Assembly (NCBI RefSeq): GCF_009914755.1
Contig: NC_060931.1
Direction: 5' to 3' (one strand)
Length of the DNA stretch: 64,000 bases
Source of the DNA: the human T2T-CHM13v2.0 reference genome, Homo sapiens
Made by a program: the position numbers and the translations under genes. The number at the start of each line of letters is the position of its first letter. Position 1 is the stretch's first letter. Positions 1 to 15,275 of the stretch are shown here, piece by piece. The notes under the pieces were generated by a model. It saw nothing but the letters and a program-made list of their open reading frames with translations, did not search any database and had not been told where the DNA came from.

Positions 1-239
1 TCACAGGGGAGCCACCCAGCCTCATGCAGGAGAAGACAGAGGCTGAGAGGAAGGGGGCCAAGGCAGGGTCAGGCTGACCCCTAAGTCCTCAAGACAGCCA
101 TAGTGGAGAGGAAGACAGTCAGCAGCCAAGGACCTGCCCCTGTGAGTGACAGCTCCATCCAGCACCTTCCCAGCACTGCTCCCAAGTCCCTGGCCGGCAG
201 AGGCGGACACCCCACCACCCATGAAGCTGCCTCTCTAGG

Positions 240-600
240 TCCTCTGTTCCCGGTGTTGTCATCTAGTTCCTCCAGAAACAGATCCTGAAACAAGGATCCC
301 AGTGCAAAGAGTTTATTGGGGAGATGACCCCAGATGACAGCAGTCGGTGAATGGGGAATGAGCCAGGGGATGGAAGAAAGCTGACCAGAATGCATCCAAG
401 AGCTTGCTCCTGCCCCCAGGGACCTCCGGGAGCTGGTGGGGACGTGCCCAAGAAGGTCCCCTCCAAGGAATAAGGACACAGACAGCTTTCCACCACATTC
501 ATCTGTCACTGGTAGAGGACATTCCTGGAAGATTTCGCCCCAGCACGTGGCGGGCACCTTCAGTGTCAAAGGGCCTTAGGCAGGGCCGTGGGCACTTGCG
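240..600 (-). mobile_element. Old ERVL-type LTR fragment (LTR33/LTR16-like)
   Basis: cagaaacagatcctgaaacaagg...gtttattggggagatgacccc resembles the LTR33-family consensus (from memory). Confidence 0.45.
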
Positions 601-993
601 ACAAGAAGACACTGTCAGCATGCACAGAGCTGTGTCAGAACAAAGATATGAAAGGCCCACCCTGCCTTTCATATGTTTCTTCCCATGGGGGCTGTCTAGG
701 CTAAGCCCCTGGAGCCCAGCTGTGCCCAGTCTAGCACCACAGAGAGATAGAGTCCAGCTATGTGGTCTCCTGGGGTCATTTGTGAAACACACGCAGCATA
801 ACAGCGGCACAATCCGGCTCGGAATGACAGTGAAAATTTCACACCCGATCTCCCAACCCAGCTGCCGGTGCCTCTGGACACACGTGCCGAGCTGTAACCA
901 TATGATATGTACATGCATCCTGCTTTTTCTCTTGACTTTTCACATAAATCCTCCCTGTTGCCTTCAATCTCTGATCAGCACGTCCGTGACTAG

Positions 994-1495
<502 letters not shown>

Positions 1496-1995
1496 AATGT
1501 TTACGACTCTTACGTGGACAGCTCATTTCTTTCCTCAGGCTAATCTAGGATTTATTGGGTAATTATCAGATTCTCAGTTATTGGAATTTGGTGAAGGGTT
1601 GATGCCAGTCTTGGGTAATGAAGACTCGGTGATTTCCCGAGGGCCGTGACTCTTACCACTGACATGGGCAACTCGCAAAGGCACCATCTTCCCACAGTCT
1701 CACCTTCATCGTGTATTATGTTTGTCATTAGAACTTACTAATTTAATGACTGCCAGATAATACCTCATTTTCCACTTTCTATTGGTATTAGTAAGATTGA
1801 TATTATAAGTTTGATGTTAGAATCATAAGACAGGTCTGAAATGTGGCTACTCTGAGAAGGTCCCGAGAGGGGCCCAGAGCTGTGCCAGTTCACTGAGGGA
1901 GCAGCCGGGGGTGAGGCAGCCATCAGCAGAGCAGCCCTTTGTTGCTGGCTCCGGGGTGACACCTGGCAGAGGCTGCCCCAGGTGAGTCATGTACA

Positions 1996-2455
1996 GACAA
2001 GCCCTGGAGACATGAGGATCACTCACTGAAATAAGCCAGGCACAGAAAGACAAACTTCATGTGTTTTCACTCATTTATAGGAGCTAAAAATGAAAACAAA
2101 CGCATGGCAATAGACAGTAGGTAGAACGATGGTTACCAGAGGCTGGGAAGAGTAGTGGGGAGGTAGGGGGAAGCGGAGATGGTTGGTGGGTACAAAAATA
2201 TAATTAGATAGAATGAATAAGAGCTGGTATTTGATAGCATAACAGGGTAATTACAATCAGCAGTACATTTTAAAATAACTAAAAGGGTGTAATTAAAATG
2301 TTTGTAACAGAGAAGTGACAAATGCTTGAGGTGACGGTCACTCCATTTACAACCTGATGTGATTATGACACATTGTATATCTGTATCAAAATATCTGATG
2401 TACCCCATAAATATATAATCTACTGTGTACTCATAAAAATTAAATTAAAAAAAAT
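1996..2455 (+). mobile_element. L1MA-type 3' end
   Basis: gaaataagccaggcacagaaagacaaac...; ends in an A-rich tail. Confidence 0.75.
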
Positions 2456-3380
2456 CACTCGCTGACTTGCTGTTCTGCATCCCAACAGCATTCAAAGAAT
2501 TTGGGGATCTGGGCTGAGAGGAAGGTAGGTGAAATTGCTAAGCCAGTCACCTGACCTGGGCCACAGGTACCTTGGCTGGATATGTGTACAACACTCTAAC
2601 TGGTACAGATGTAAGTAATCACATCCCCTACTTCTCGCTCTTTGGGGTAACCAGCCTGCCGGTGGCCCCTTTGTCTTTCTTGCCATCAGAACCTGCACTC
2701 TTTGGTGAAGGATTGTGTCCACTGCTCAGGTGAGAGAGGCTCTCCCTGTTCTCCCAGACCCCTTTGCAGCTAGCAGGGGCCCTGTGATCCCCGTGGGAAG
2801 GCTTTTTCTTCCCTCATGAAAGGGGAGGTATGCAGCTGGCATGATATTCTAGCCTTCCCCACTTTTCGCCACACTAGACAGATGGAAGGTCTAGAGCTGT
2901 AGCAACCATCTTGTGGTCCTGAAGCATTGAACGCGAGGAAAAAGTCGAGATGCAAAAAATGCCATTGGAAATGACATCAGCAAAATGGTGGCCTAGGAAG
3001 CTCCAAGCTCTCATTTCCAAACTGAAACACTGAATAAACAAGCCAAACTGTCAGAACCAACTTTGTTGTCACTCTAGAAAACAAAGGCCTACAGCAACCA
3101 GGCAAACACTCAATTTAAAAAAGGCCATCTTCAAAACAGTAGCAAAGTTTTGCGGTGTTTTTACTTAGTCTTGCCCCACCCCTTCCCCAGCATGGCAGCA
3201 GTCTTGGTCTTTTTTTTTTTTTTTTTTTTTTGAAGCAGGGTCTCATTCTGTAGCCCAGGCTGGAATGTATTGGTACAATCATGGCTTACTGCAGCCTCAA
3301 ACTCCTGGGCTCAAGCAATCCTCCAACCTCCGTCTCCTGAGAAGCTAGAATTACATGTATGTGCCACCACACCCAGCTAG

Positions 3381-3539
<159 letters not shown>

Positions 3540-4678
3540 TAGTACAGTTCTCAGCTCCCTCCTCCAAAGAGAGCAGGCCTTATTTGCAAACTATTACGTG
3601 CATCTGTTCTTGTCTGGGGGATCCTGGAAGAACTGATGCAAGATGCTGTATCTCTTACCTAAAATCAGGACATTGCTCAGAAAAGATGCCTGGGGCAAGA
3701 GGTTATAGGTAGAGACATGCCATAGACCATTTTAAACCCAGAGGAGAAGCTTAGACAATTTGGATATTCAGCAGCAACTCGTGGGCGCAGTGGCTTACAT
3801 CTGTAACCCCAACACTTGCGGATGCTGAAGCAGGCAGATTGCTTGAGCCCAGGAGTTTGAGACCAGTCTGGACAACATAGCAAGACCCTGTCTCTACAAA
3901 AAATTTAAAAATTAGCTGGGGGTGGTGGCATGCAACTGTAGTCCCAGCTACTTGGGAGGCTGAAGCGGGAGGATTGCTTTAGCCCAGAAGTTTGAGACTG
4001 CAGTGAGCCATGATTGTGCCACTGCACTACAGCCAGTGCAGTAGAGCAAGTCTCTGTCTTAAAATATATATATGTACATAAATTTTTAAAGCAGCTTTGA
4101 GCCAAGCACAGTGGCTCATGCCTGTAATCCCAATGCTTTTGGAGGCCAAGGTGGGAGGATCACTTGAGGCCAGGAGTTTGAGACCAGCCTGGGCAATAAT
4201 TGCAAGACCCCCATCTCTACAAAAAATAAAATGTAAAAAAAGTTAGCTGGCATGGTGGCATGTACCTGTAGTCCCAGCTATTTGGGAGGCTGAGGTGGGA
4301 GGATCATCTGAGTTTAGGGGTTTGAGGCTGCAGTAAGCCATACCGCACCATTGCACTCCAGGCTGGACATTGACTCAAAAGAAAAAAAAAAAGAAGAAGA
4401 AGAAGCCGCCAGGTGCAGTGGCTCATGCCTGTAATCACAGCAGTTTGGAAGACCAAGGCAAGAGGACTGCTTGAGGCCAGGAGTTTGAGACAAGCCTGGC
4501 CAAGGTAGTGAGAGCCTGTCTCTACAACAAAATAGAAAAGCAGGCTGGGCATGGTGGCTCACACCTGTAATCTCAGCAATTTGGGAGGTTGAGGTGGGAA
4601 GATCCTGCCCTGATCCCAGGAGTTTGAAACCAGCCTGGGAAACATGATGAGACCCTGTCTCTACAAAAAAATAAATAA

Positions 4679-4837
4679 CTGGAAGGGGCCAAGATGGCCA
4701 AATAGGAACAGTTCCCATCTGCAGCTTCCAGTGAGACCAGTGCAGAAGGTGGGTGATTTCTGCATTCCAACTGAGGTACCCAGTTCATCTCATTGGGACT
4801 GGTTCGGCAGTGGGTCCAACCCACAGAGGATGAGCAG
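4679..4837 (+). mobile_element. L1PA 5'-end-only fragment inserted into an Alu A-rich linker
   Basis: GGCCAAGATGGCCAAATAGGAACAG...ACTGAGGTACC is the L1PA 5'UTR start; 14-bp TSD AAAAAAATAAATAA at 4665-4678 and 4838-4851. Confidence 0.85.
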
Positions 4838-4962
4838 AAAAAAATAAATAATTAGACGGAGGTTAGGCACCTGCTGTCCCAGCTACTTGGAAGAGACACA
4901 GGAAGATCACTTGAGCCCTCAAGGTTAAGGCTGCTGTGAGCTATGTTCACACAAGGACAGGA

Positions 4963-5206
4963 TGGGGAGGGGAGGGGAGGAGAGGGGAGGGGAGGGGAGG
5001 GGAGGGGAGGGAAAGGAAGGAAAGGCAAGGGAAGGGAAGGGGGAAAGAAAGGGAGGGAGGGGGAAGGGAAGGAGGGAGGGAGAGAAGGAAAGAGAGAGAG
5101 AAAAAGAAAGAGAAAAAGAAAAAGAAAGAAGAGGAAAGAAAAAAGCAAAAGAAAAAAGGAAAGGAAGGAAGGAAGGGAGGGTGGCAGGGAGGAGACAGAG
5201 AGAAAG

Positions 5207-5277
<71 letters not shown>

Positions 5278-5496
5278 AAAGAAGAAAGAAGAGGAAAGAA
5301 AAAAGCAAAAGAAAAAAGGAAAGGAAGGAAGGAAAGAAGGAAGGGAGGGAGGAGAGAGAGAGAAAGAAAGAAAGAAAGAAAAAGAAAGGAAAGAAAGAAA
5401 GAAGAAAGAAAAGGAAAGAAAGAGAGAGAAAAGAAAAGAGAAAAGAAAGGAGGAAGGGAAAGGAAGGGGAGAGGAGAAAAGGGAAGGGAAGGGAAA
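4963..5496. repeat. Purine-rich compound microsatellite: (GGGGA)n, (GGAA)n, (GAAA)n with an internal ~50-bp duplication
   Basis: Direct reading of the sequence; it is the source of the low-complexity ORFs at 4852-5708. Confidence 0.95.
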
Positions 5497-5828
5497 CTTA
5501 GCTGGGCATGGTGGTGCATTCCTGTAGTCCCAGCCACTCGAGAAACAGAAACAAGAAGATCACCTGAGCCCAGGAGTTCAAGGCTGCAGTGAGCCATGAT
5601 CATGTCACTGCACACCAGCCTAGACGACAGAGTGAGATCCAACTCAAACAAAAATAAAACGGCTATGTATACAGGAAATTGAGAATGCCGCATGCATGTA
5701 CAAGGCAAAACACATGTTCAGAAAAGCCCTGAAACTTTTGTCGCAGGCTGATCCTAGGCTCAGAACAAGCCTAGCTAAGTGTTAAAAGAGTCCCAACCCC
5801 AATTTGCAAAAGATAGGAGAGGTATGCT

Positions 5829-5837
5829 TGTGTGTGT

Positions 5838-5880
<43 letters not shown>
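5829..5880. repeat. (TG)n microsatellite
   Basis: Direct reading. Confidence 0.95.
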
Positions 5881-5882
<2 letters not shown>

Positions 5883-7857
5883 GGTGTTGTTTTTTAGCTC
5901 CTGGCATTCAAGGAAATCTCTGTCAAAACACTGGCTAAACACAAGCTGAAGAAACAGACACTTTGGTGACCACAAAAAAACAATGAATAGTCTTTGCAAA
6001 AATAGCTTGGGAAAGTATAAAAACAAACATTACTACAGTCTTCAGAAATTAAAAAAAAATGCTGAGGAAGAGAGAGAATCTGATTTCCAGACTTATCACA
6101 TTATAATAGTCAAATGTCCAGTTTTCAACAGCAACAGCAAAATCACAAGTCAGACAAATGGGAAAAGATGGCCTATTCAAAGGAAAAAAAAAAACAAGTT
6201 GACAAAAACTGTGTCCAAGGCAGCCCAACATTACACTTATTAGACAAAAAACTTTAAAATAGCTATCTTAAAGAGCTAAGAGCAAAAATGGATGAGGACT
6301 AAAGTAAATTAGGAAAACTATGCATGAACAAAATGAGGATATCAATAAAGAGAAATTATAAAAAAGAACCACACAGAAATTCTGGACCTGAAAAGGATAA
6401 TAACTGAAATAAAAAACTTCACTAGAGGGGCTCAAGAGCAGATTTGAGAAAGCAGAAGAAAGAATCTGTGAACCTGAAGGTAGGACAATTGAAATCATCA
6501 GGTCTGAGGAACAGACATGAAAAAGAGTGAGGAAAAGTGAACAGAGACTGCTACTTATGGTACACCATGAAACAAAATAACGTGGGTGTTATGGGAGTTC
6601 AATAAGGAGAAGAAAGGGAGAATGAGACAGATTATTTGAAGAAATAATGGCCTAAAACTTTCCAAATTTGATGAAAGACATGAATATTAAATATCTGAAA
6701 AGTCCAATAAACGCCAAGGAATATAAATACAAAGAGACTTATATTGAGCCATATTATAATCAAACAGTTGAAAGGCAAATACTAAGAGAGAATATTGAAA
6801 ACAAGAGAAAAGTGACTCATCACATACAAGGTGTCCTCAATAAGATTATCAGCTGATTATAGCTGATTACTCATAAGAAACATCGGAGGTCAAAAGGCAG
6901 TGAGCATGATATATTTAAAGCGCTGAAACAAAATTATCAACCAAAAATCCTATTTCAGCAAAACTATCCTTCAAAAATAAGTGAGAAATTAAGACATTTT
7001 CAGATACATAATAGCTGAGAGAGTTCATTACCACTAGACCCGCCTTATAAGAAATGCTAAGGGGACTCTTTCAGGTTGAAATTAAAGGATGCTAGACAGT
7101 AACTCAAAGATGTTTGAAGAAATAAAAATCCTCAATAAAGGTATTTACATAGGTAAATATAAAAGCCAGAATTATTTTAACTTTGGGGTTTTTTTGGGGT
7201 GTTTTTTGTTTGTTTTGAGACAGACTGGAGTGCATTAGTGCAATCACAGCTCACTGCAGCCTCGACCTCTGGGCTCAACTGATCCTCCCATTTCAGCCTC
7301 CCAAATAGCTGGAATCCCATTACAGGCACATGCCACCACGCTTGGCAAAATCTTGTATTTTTTGTAGAGGTGGGGTCTCACTGTGTTGCCCAGGCTGGTC
7401 CCAAACTCCTGGAGGCAAGCAATTCTCCCACCTCAGACTTTCAAAGTACTGGCATTACAGGTCTAAGCCACCATGCCTGCCAAGTCACTCTTTCTTTTTC
7501 CCTTTTTTGTAAAGCTGGGATCTTGTTATGTTGCCCAGGCTGGTCTCAAACTCCTGGCCTCGAGCAATCCTCCCACCTCAACCTTCCAAAGCACTGAGAT
7601 TGCATGTGTGAACCACCACACCCAGCCAAAAAAACATAATTCTATATTTTTGAGCAAACAATGTGTAAAGATGGAATTTTTGACACCAATAACCTAAAGC
7701 AGGGACAAAGCTGTATAGGAGTAGAGTTTTGTATGCTGTTAAGTTGGTATCAATTCAAATTAGATTTTTATAACTCTAGGATTTTATTTGTAATCCCCAG
7801 GGTAACAACGAAGAATAATACATAGAATATATGCAAAAGGAAATGAAAAGAGAATCA

Positions 7858-8016
<159 letters not shown>

Positions 8017-8352
8017 TTAATAAAATAAAACAAAAAGCAAATAAATAAATAAATACAGAAGTCAATAATGAAGAAAATGAAAGACAAAAATCTATGAGAC
8101 ATACAGAAAAGAAAAGGTAAAATGGCATAAATCCTTATCAGTAATTACTTCAAATTTAAATGGATTCAACTCTGTAGTCAAAGTTGGAGAATGCAGAATA
8201 CATTGTTTTAGAGATAGGATCCAACTATATGATGTCTAAGACACTCACTTTAGATCTGAGGACACAAATAGTTTGAAAATAAAAGAATAGAAAAAGATAT
8301 TCCACGCAAATAGTCACCAAAAGAGAGCTGGAGTTGCTACACTAATATCTGA

Positions 8353-8583
<231 letters not shown>

Positions 8584-9402
8584 TGAACTCCTGACCTCAA
8601 GTGATCTGCCCACCTCAGCTTCCCAAAGTGCTGGGATTACAGGCATGAGCCATTGCACCTGACCACAAAATAGAATTTAAATAAAGAATTGTTACAAAAG
8701 ACAAAAATGACATTATACATTACTAAAAGGGTCAATTCATCAAGAATAAGTAATAATATATATGCACCAAACAATGTGACCTTAAAATATGTAAAGCAAA
8801 CATTACATCATTGAAAGGAGAAATAGACAATGCAACAATAAGTAGTTGGAGACTTCAATACTCCATTTTCAATAATTGATGGAACAACTAGCCACAAGAC
8901 CAGTAAGGAAATAGAAGTCTTGAACATTTATAAAACACTTGGACACTTGTATATATACAACATTCCACTCCATAACAGCAGGATACACATTTCTTTCAAG
9001 TGCATATGGAATATTCCTCAGGACAGACAGTACGTTAGGCGACAAAACAAGCCTTGTTATATTTTAAATAATTAAAATCATAGAAAGTATATTTTCCAGT
9101 CACAATGGAATGAAACTAGAACTCGATAATAGAAGGGGCTGAGCACGGTGACTCACACCTGTAATCACAGCACTTTGGGAGGAGAAGTTGGGAGGATCTC
9201 TTGGGCCCAGGGGTTCAAGATCAGCCTGGGAAACATAGAGAAACCCCATCTCTAAAAATAAAAATAAGTTGGGTGTGGTGGCTCACACCTGTAATCCCAA
9301 TACTTTGGGAGGCTGAGGGAAATGAACTGCTTGAGCCCAAGAGTTCAGAACTTCCTGGGCAACATGGTGACATCCCATCCCTACTAAAAATACAAAAAAT
9401 TA

Positions 9403-9597
<195 letters not shown>

Positions 9598-10424
9598 TCA
9601 GAAGGCTGAGGCGAGAGAACTACTTGAACCCAGGAGATCAGTGCTTCAGTGAGCCATGATCACACCACTGCACTCCATCCTGGCTCAAAAAAAAAAAAGT
9701 AAATAAATTACAGGAAAAAAACCCTGAAAATTCATGATATTTGGAAATTAAACAACACATGCTTAACAACCAATGGATCAAAGCAAAAATCACAAAGGAA
9801 ATATAAAAATACCTTGAGACAAATGAAAATGAAAACACAACATACCAAAACTTATGGGATGCAGCAAAGCTGTGCTAAGAGGAAAATTTTTAGCCATAAA
9901 CACAATCAAAAAAGAAGAAAGCACCCTGGCGCGGTGGATCATGCCTGTAGTCCCAGTGCTTTGGGAGGCCAAGGGGGCAGGATTGAGGGAGACCAGCTCG
10001 GGCAACATGGCTAAACCCTGTCTCTACAAGAAAGATAGGAAAAATTCGCCAGGCATGGTGGCACGTGCCTGTAGTCCCAGTAACTTGGAAGGCTGAGGGA
10101 TGAGAATCACTTGAGCCCAAGAGGTCGAGGCTACGGTGAGCTGAGATTACAGCACTGTACTCCAGCTTGGGCAGCAGAGCAAGACCTTGTCTCAAAAAAA
10201 TTTTTAAAAATTAAAAAAAAAAATTTTTTTTAAAGAAAGGGCCAGGTGTGGTGGCTCATGCCTGTAATCTCAACACTTTGGGAGTCCATGGCAGGAGAAT
10301 CATATTAGGCCAGGAGTTCAACCAACCTGGATTAACATAGCAAAACCCCATCTCTACAAAAAAGAGAGAAGGAGGAAAGAAAGGAAGAGGAAGAGAAAGA
10401 AAAAAAGAAGAAGGAGGAGGAGGA

Positions 10425-11076
10425 TGTTGGGAAAAAGCTGAGTGTTGGGAGGGAAACTGAGGCAGGACTTGCATAATGTCCTCTGGAATGTGTCTAGACT
10501 TGCTGGCTCCTTGCTTCTAGCCCTCCTAGGCTCCTATTCCCATTATCTCAAGTAGCAGAACATGTTCCATATAAATGCTAAACTGTCACAGCTGTAGATC
10601 ATGCGCCTGCCCTTTTGACCTCCACATTCTCACCACCTGTTTCTTTTTTTTTTTTTTAATACTTTAAGTTCTAGGGTACATGTGCACAACGTGCAGGTTT
10701 GTTACATATGTATACATGTGCCATGTTGGTGTGCTGCACCCATTAAGTCGTCATTTACATTAAGTATATCTCCTAATGCTATCCCTCCCCTCACGCCACA
10801 ACGGGCCCCGGTGTGTGATGTTCCCCTTCCTGTGTCCAAGTGTTCTCATTGTTCAATTCCCACCTATGAGTGAGAACATGCCTCACCACCTGTTTCTTTG
10901 TTGGATTACCAATAAATACTGTGGACTCCCAGAGCGCAGGGCTTTCGCAGCCTCCATGATCACGATGGCCCCTTGGTGTCCCACCTTTATCTCTCAAACT
11001 GTCTTTGTCTCAATCCTTTGACTCCACCGGACTTTGTCACCCCCACGACCTGGTGTTGGGTCTGATCACCCCAACA
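10425..11076 (+). mobile_element. Solo LTR of ERVK class (LTR14-like), interrupted by an L1PA 3' fragment
   Basis: TGTTGGGAAAAAG...ACCCCAACA inverted termini; 6-bp TSD GGAGGA at 10419-10424 and 11077-11082; TATAAA and AATAAA internal. Confidence 0.8.
10647..10881 (-). mobile_element. Relatively young L1PA 3' end (~235 bp)
   Basis: tactttaagttctagggtacatgtgcacaacgtgcagg...; 18-bp TSD CTCACCACCTGTTTCTTT at 10629-10646 and 10882-10899. Confidence 0.9.
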
Positions 11077-11894
11077 GGAGGAGGGGGAGGAGGAGGAAGG
11101 GCGAGGAGGAAGAAGGAGGAGGGGGAGGAGAAGAGAAGAAGAAAGATTTGAAATTTTCTAACTGCACACCTTAAGGAGCTAGAAAAAGAAAAACTAAACT
11201 CAAAGCTAGAATTTTTAAAAATAATAAAGACTACAACTGAGATAAGTGAAATAGGGAATAGAAAACTATAGAGAACAGCTATGAAACAAAAAGTTGATTT
11301 CTTGAAAAAAATATTCTGAAGGAGCAATCTATAATACAAATAAAATAATACAGAAAAATAAATTTTAAAAGAAAAAAATCAACAAAATTGACAAACCTTT
11401 AGGTAAGGTGACTAAGAAAAAGAGAAGACTCATATTACCAAAATCACAAATGAAAGTGGGAACTTTACAATTTTACAGAAATAAAAAATACAATATAATA
11501 CTATAAATGACTGTATAACAAACGATAATCTAGAAGAAATGGACAAATTGCTAGACATTGCATACCAAAACTGATTCATGAAGAAGCAGAAAATCTAAAT
11601 AGACATATAACTAGTAAGGAAATTGAATCAGTAATTTTTAAACTCCCCCAAAAGAAAAGCCCAGGATCAGATGGCTTCACTGGCGAATTCTAGCAAACAT
11701 TTAAAGCAGAATTAATATCAGCTGGGCATGGTGGCTCAACGCCTGTAATCCCAGCACTTTAGGAGGCTGAGGCAGGCGGATCACCTGAGGTCGGAATTCG
11801 AGACCAGCCTGACCAACATGGAGAAACCCCGTCTCTACTAAAAATACAAAATTAGCTGGGCATGGTGGCACATGTCTGTAATCCCAGCTACTCA

Positions 11895-11999
<105 letters not shown>

Positions 12000-12891
12000 T
12001 CAAAAAAAAAAAAGAAAGAAAAAGAAAAAGAAAAAGAAATAATATCAATCCTCCTCAAATTCTTCCCTAAATTGAAGAGGAAAGAACACTTCCTAACTTA
12101 TTCTATGAGGGCATGTTCATAGTATCCTGATCCTATGGTATACTGATATCAAAACCAAAGGCACTACAAGAAAACTACAGATCTCATAAATATTGAATAA
12201 AATATACATGAATACTGAGTAAAAGTACTAGCGAACCAAGCTGAACATCGTATTAAAAAGATTATACACATTGGCCAGGCGCAGTGGCTCAAGCCTGTAA
12301 TCCCAGTACTTTGGGAGGCCGAGGCAGGCAGATCACTTGAGGTCAGGAGTTCGAGACCAGCCTGGCCAACATGGTGAAACCTCGTCTCTACTAAAAATAC
12401 AAAAACTAGCCGGCTGTGGTGGTACATGCCTGTAGTCCCAGCTACTTAGGAGGCTGAGGCAGAAGAATCACTTGGACCTGGGAGGCAGAGGTTGCAATGA
12501 GCTGAGATCATGCAACTGGACTCCAGCCTGGGCCACAGAGCAAGACTCCCTCTCCAAAAAAAAACAAAACAAAAAAAGAGTATACATCATGACCAGGTAG
12601 ACTTTATTCCTGGAATATAAGGATGGTTCAACATATGGAAATCAATTAATGAACTATACCAGATTAACAGGATGAAGGGAAAAAATCACATGATTCTCTC
12701 AACCGATGCAGAAAAGACATCTGACAATATCCGACATCCTTTCATAATAAAACCACTCAGAAAACAAGGAATACAGGTAACTCTCTCAACATGATAAAGG
12801 CCATGTATGAAAAAAAATGTCCAGGTGTGGTGGCTCATGCCTGTAATCTCAGCACTTTGGGAGGCTGAGGCGGGTAGATCACTTGAGGTCA

Positions 12892-13167
<276 letters not shown>

Positions 13168-13882
13168 TCAATGATTCATGCTCATAATCCCACTGCTTTG
13201 GGAGGCCAATATGGTAGAATCACTGGAGCCCAGGAGTTCAAGAGAAGCCTGGGCAACATTACAAGACACTGTCAAAGCAAGGTCAAATCAAGGGTCAAAG
13301 CAAGGTCAAAGGAAGGTCAAAGCAAGACCCTACCAAAAAAAATCTTGGTGTAGTGGTGCATGCCTGTAGTCCTAGTTACTCAGGAGGCTCAGACAGGAGG
13401 ATCACTTGAGCCCAGGAGTTTGAGGCTGCTGTGAACCACGATTACATCACTGCACTCCAGCCTGGAAAACAGAGGAAGACTCTGTCTCGAAAAATATTTT
13501 TTTTTTTTAATGATGAAAGACTGAAGGTTTTTCCTCTAAGATCAGGCAGAAGAGGGCTGGGGGTGGTGGCTCATGCCTGTAATGCTAGCACTTTGGGAAG
13601 CTGAGGTGGGTGGATCACAAGGTCAGAAGTTCAAGGCCAGCCTAACCAACATGGCAAAACCCCGTCTCTACTAAAAATGCAAAAATTAGCCGGGCGTGGA
13701 AATTAGCCAGGCACCACACCTGGCTAATTTTTGTATTTTTAGTAGAGACAGGGTTTTGCTATGTTGGCCAGGCTGGTCTTGAACTCCTGACCTCAGTTGA
13801 TCTGCCCACTTCTGCCTCTCAGAGTGCTGGGATTACCGGCACGAGCCCACCATGCCCAGGGGAGATACTTTCTTTTTTATAT

Positions 13883-15275
<1,393 letters not shown>

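Noticed and set aside
4852-5708. Overlapping 98-253 aa K/E/R- or F/L/S-rich ORFs
   Set aside because: Translations of a stop-free purine microsatellite plus Alu sequence.
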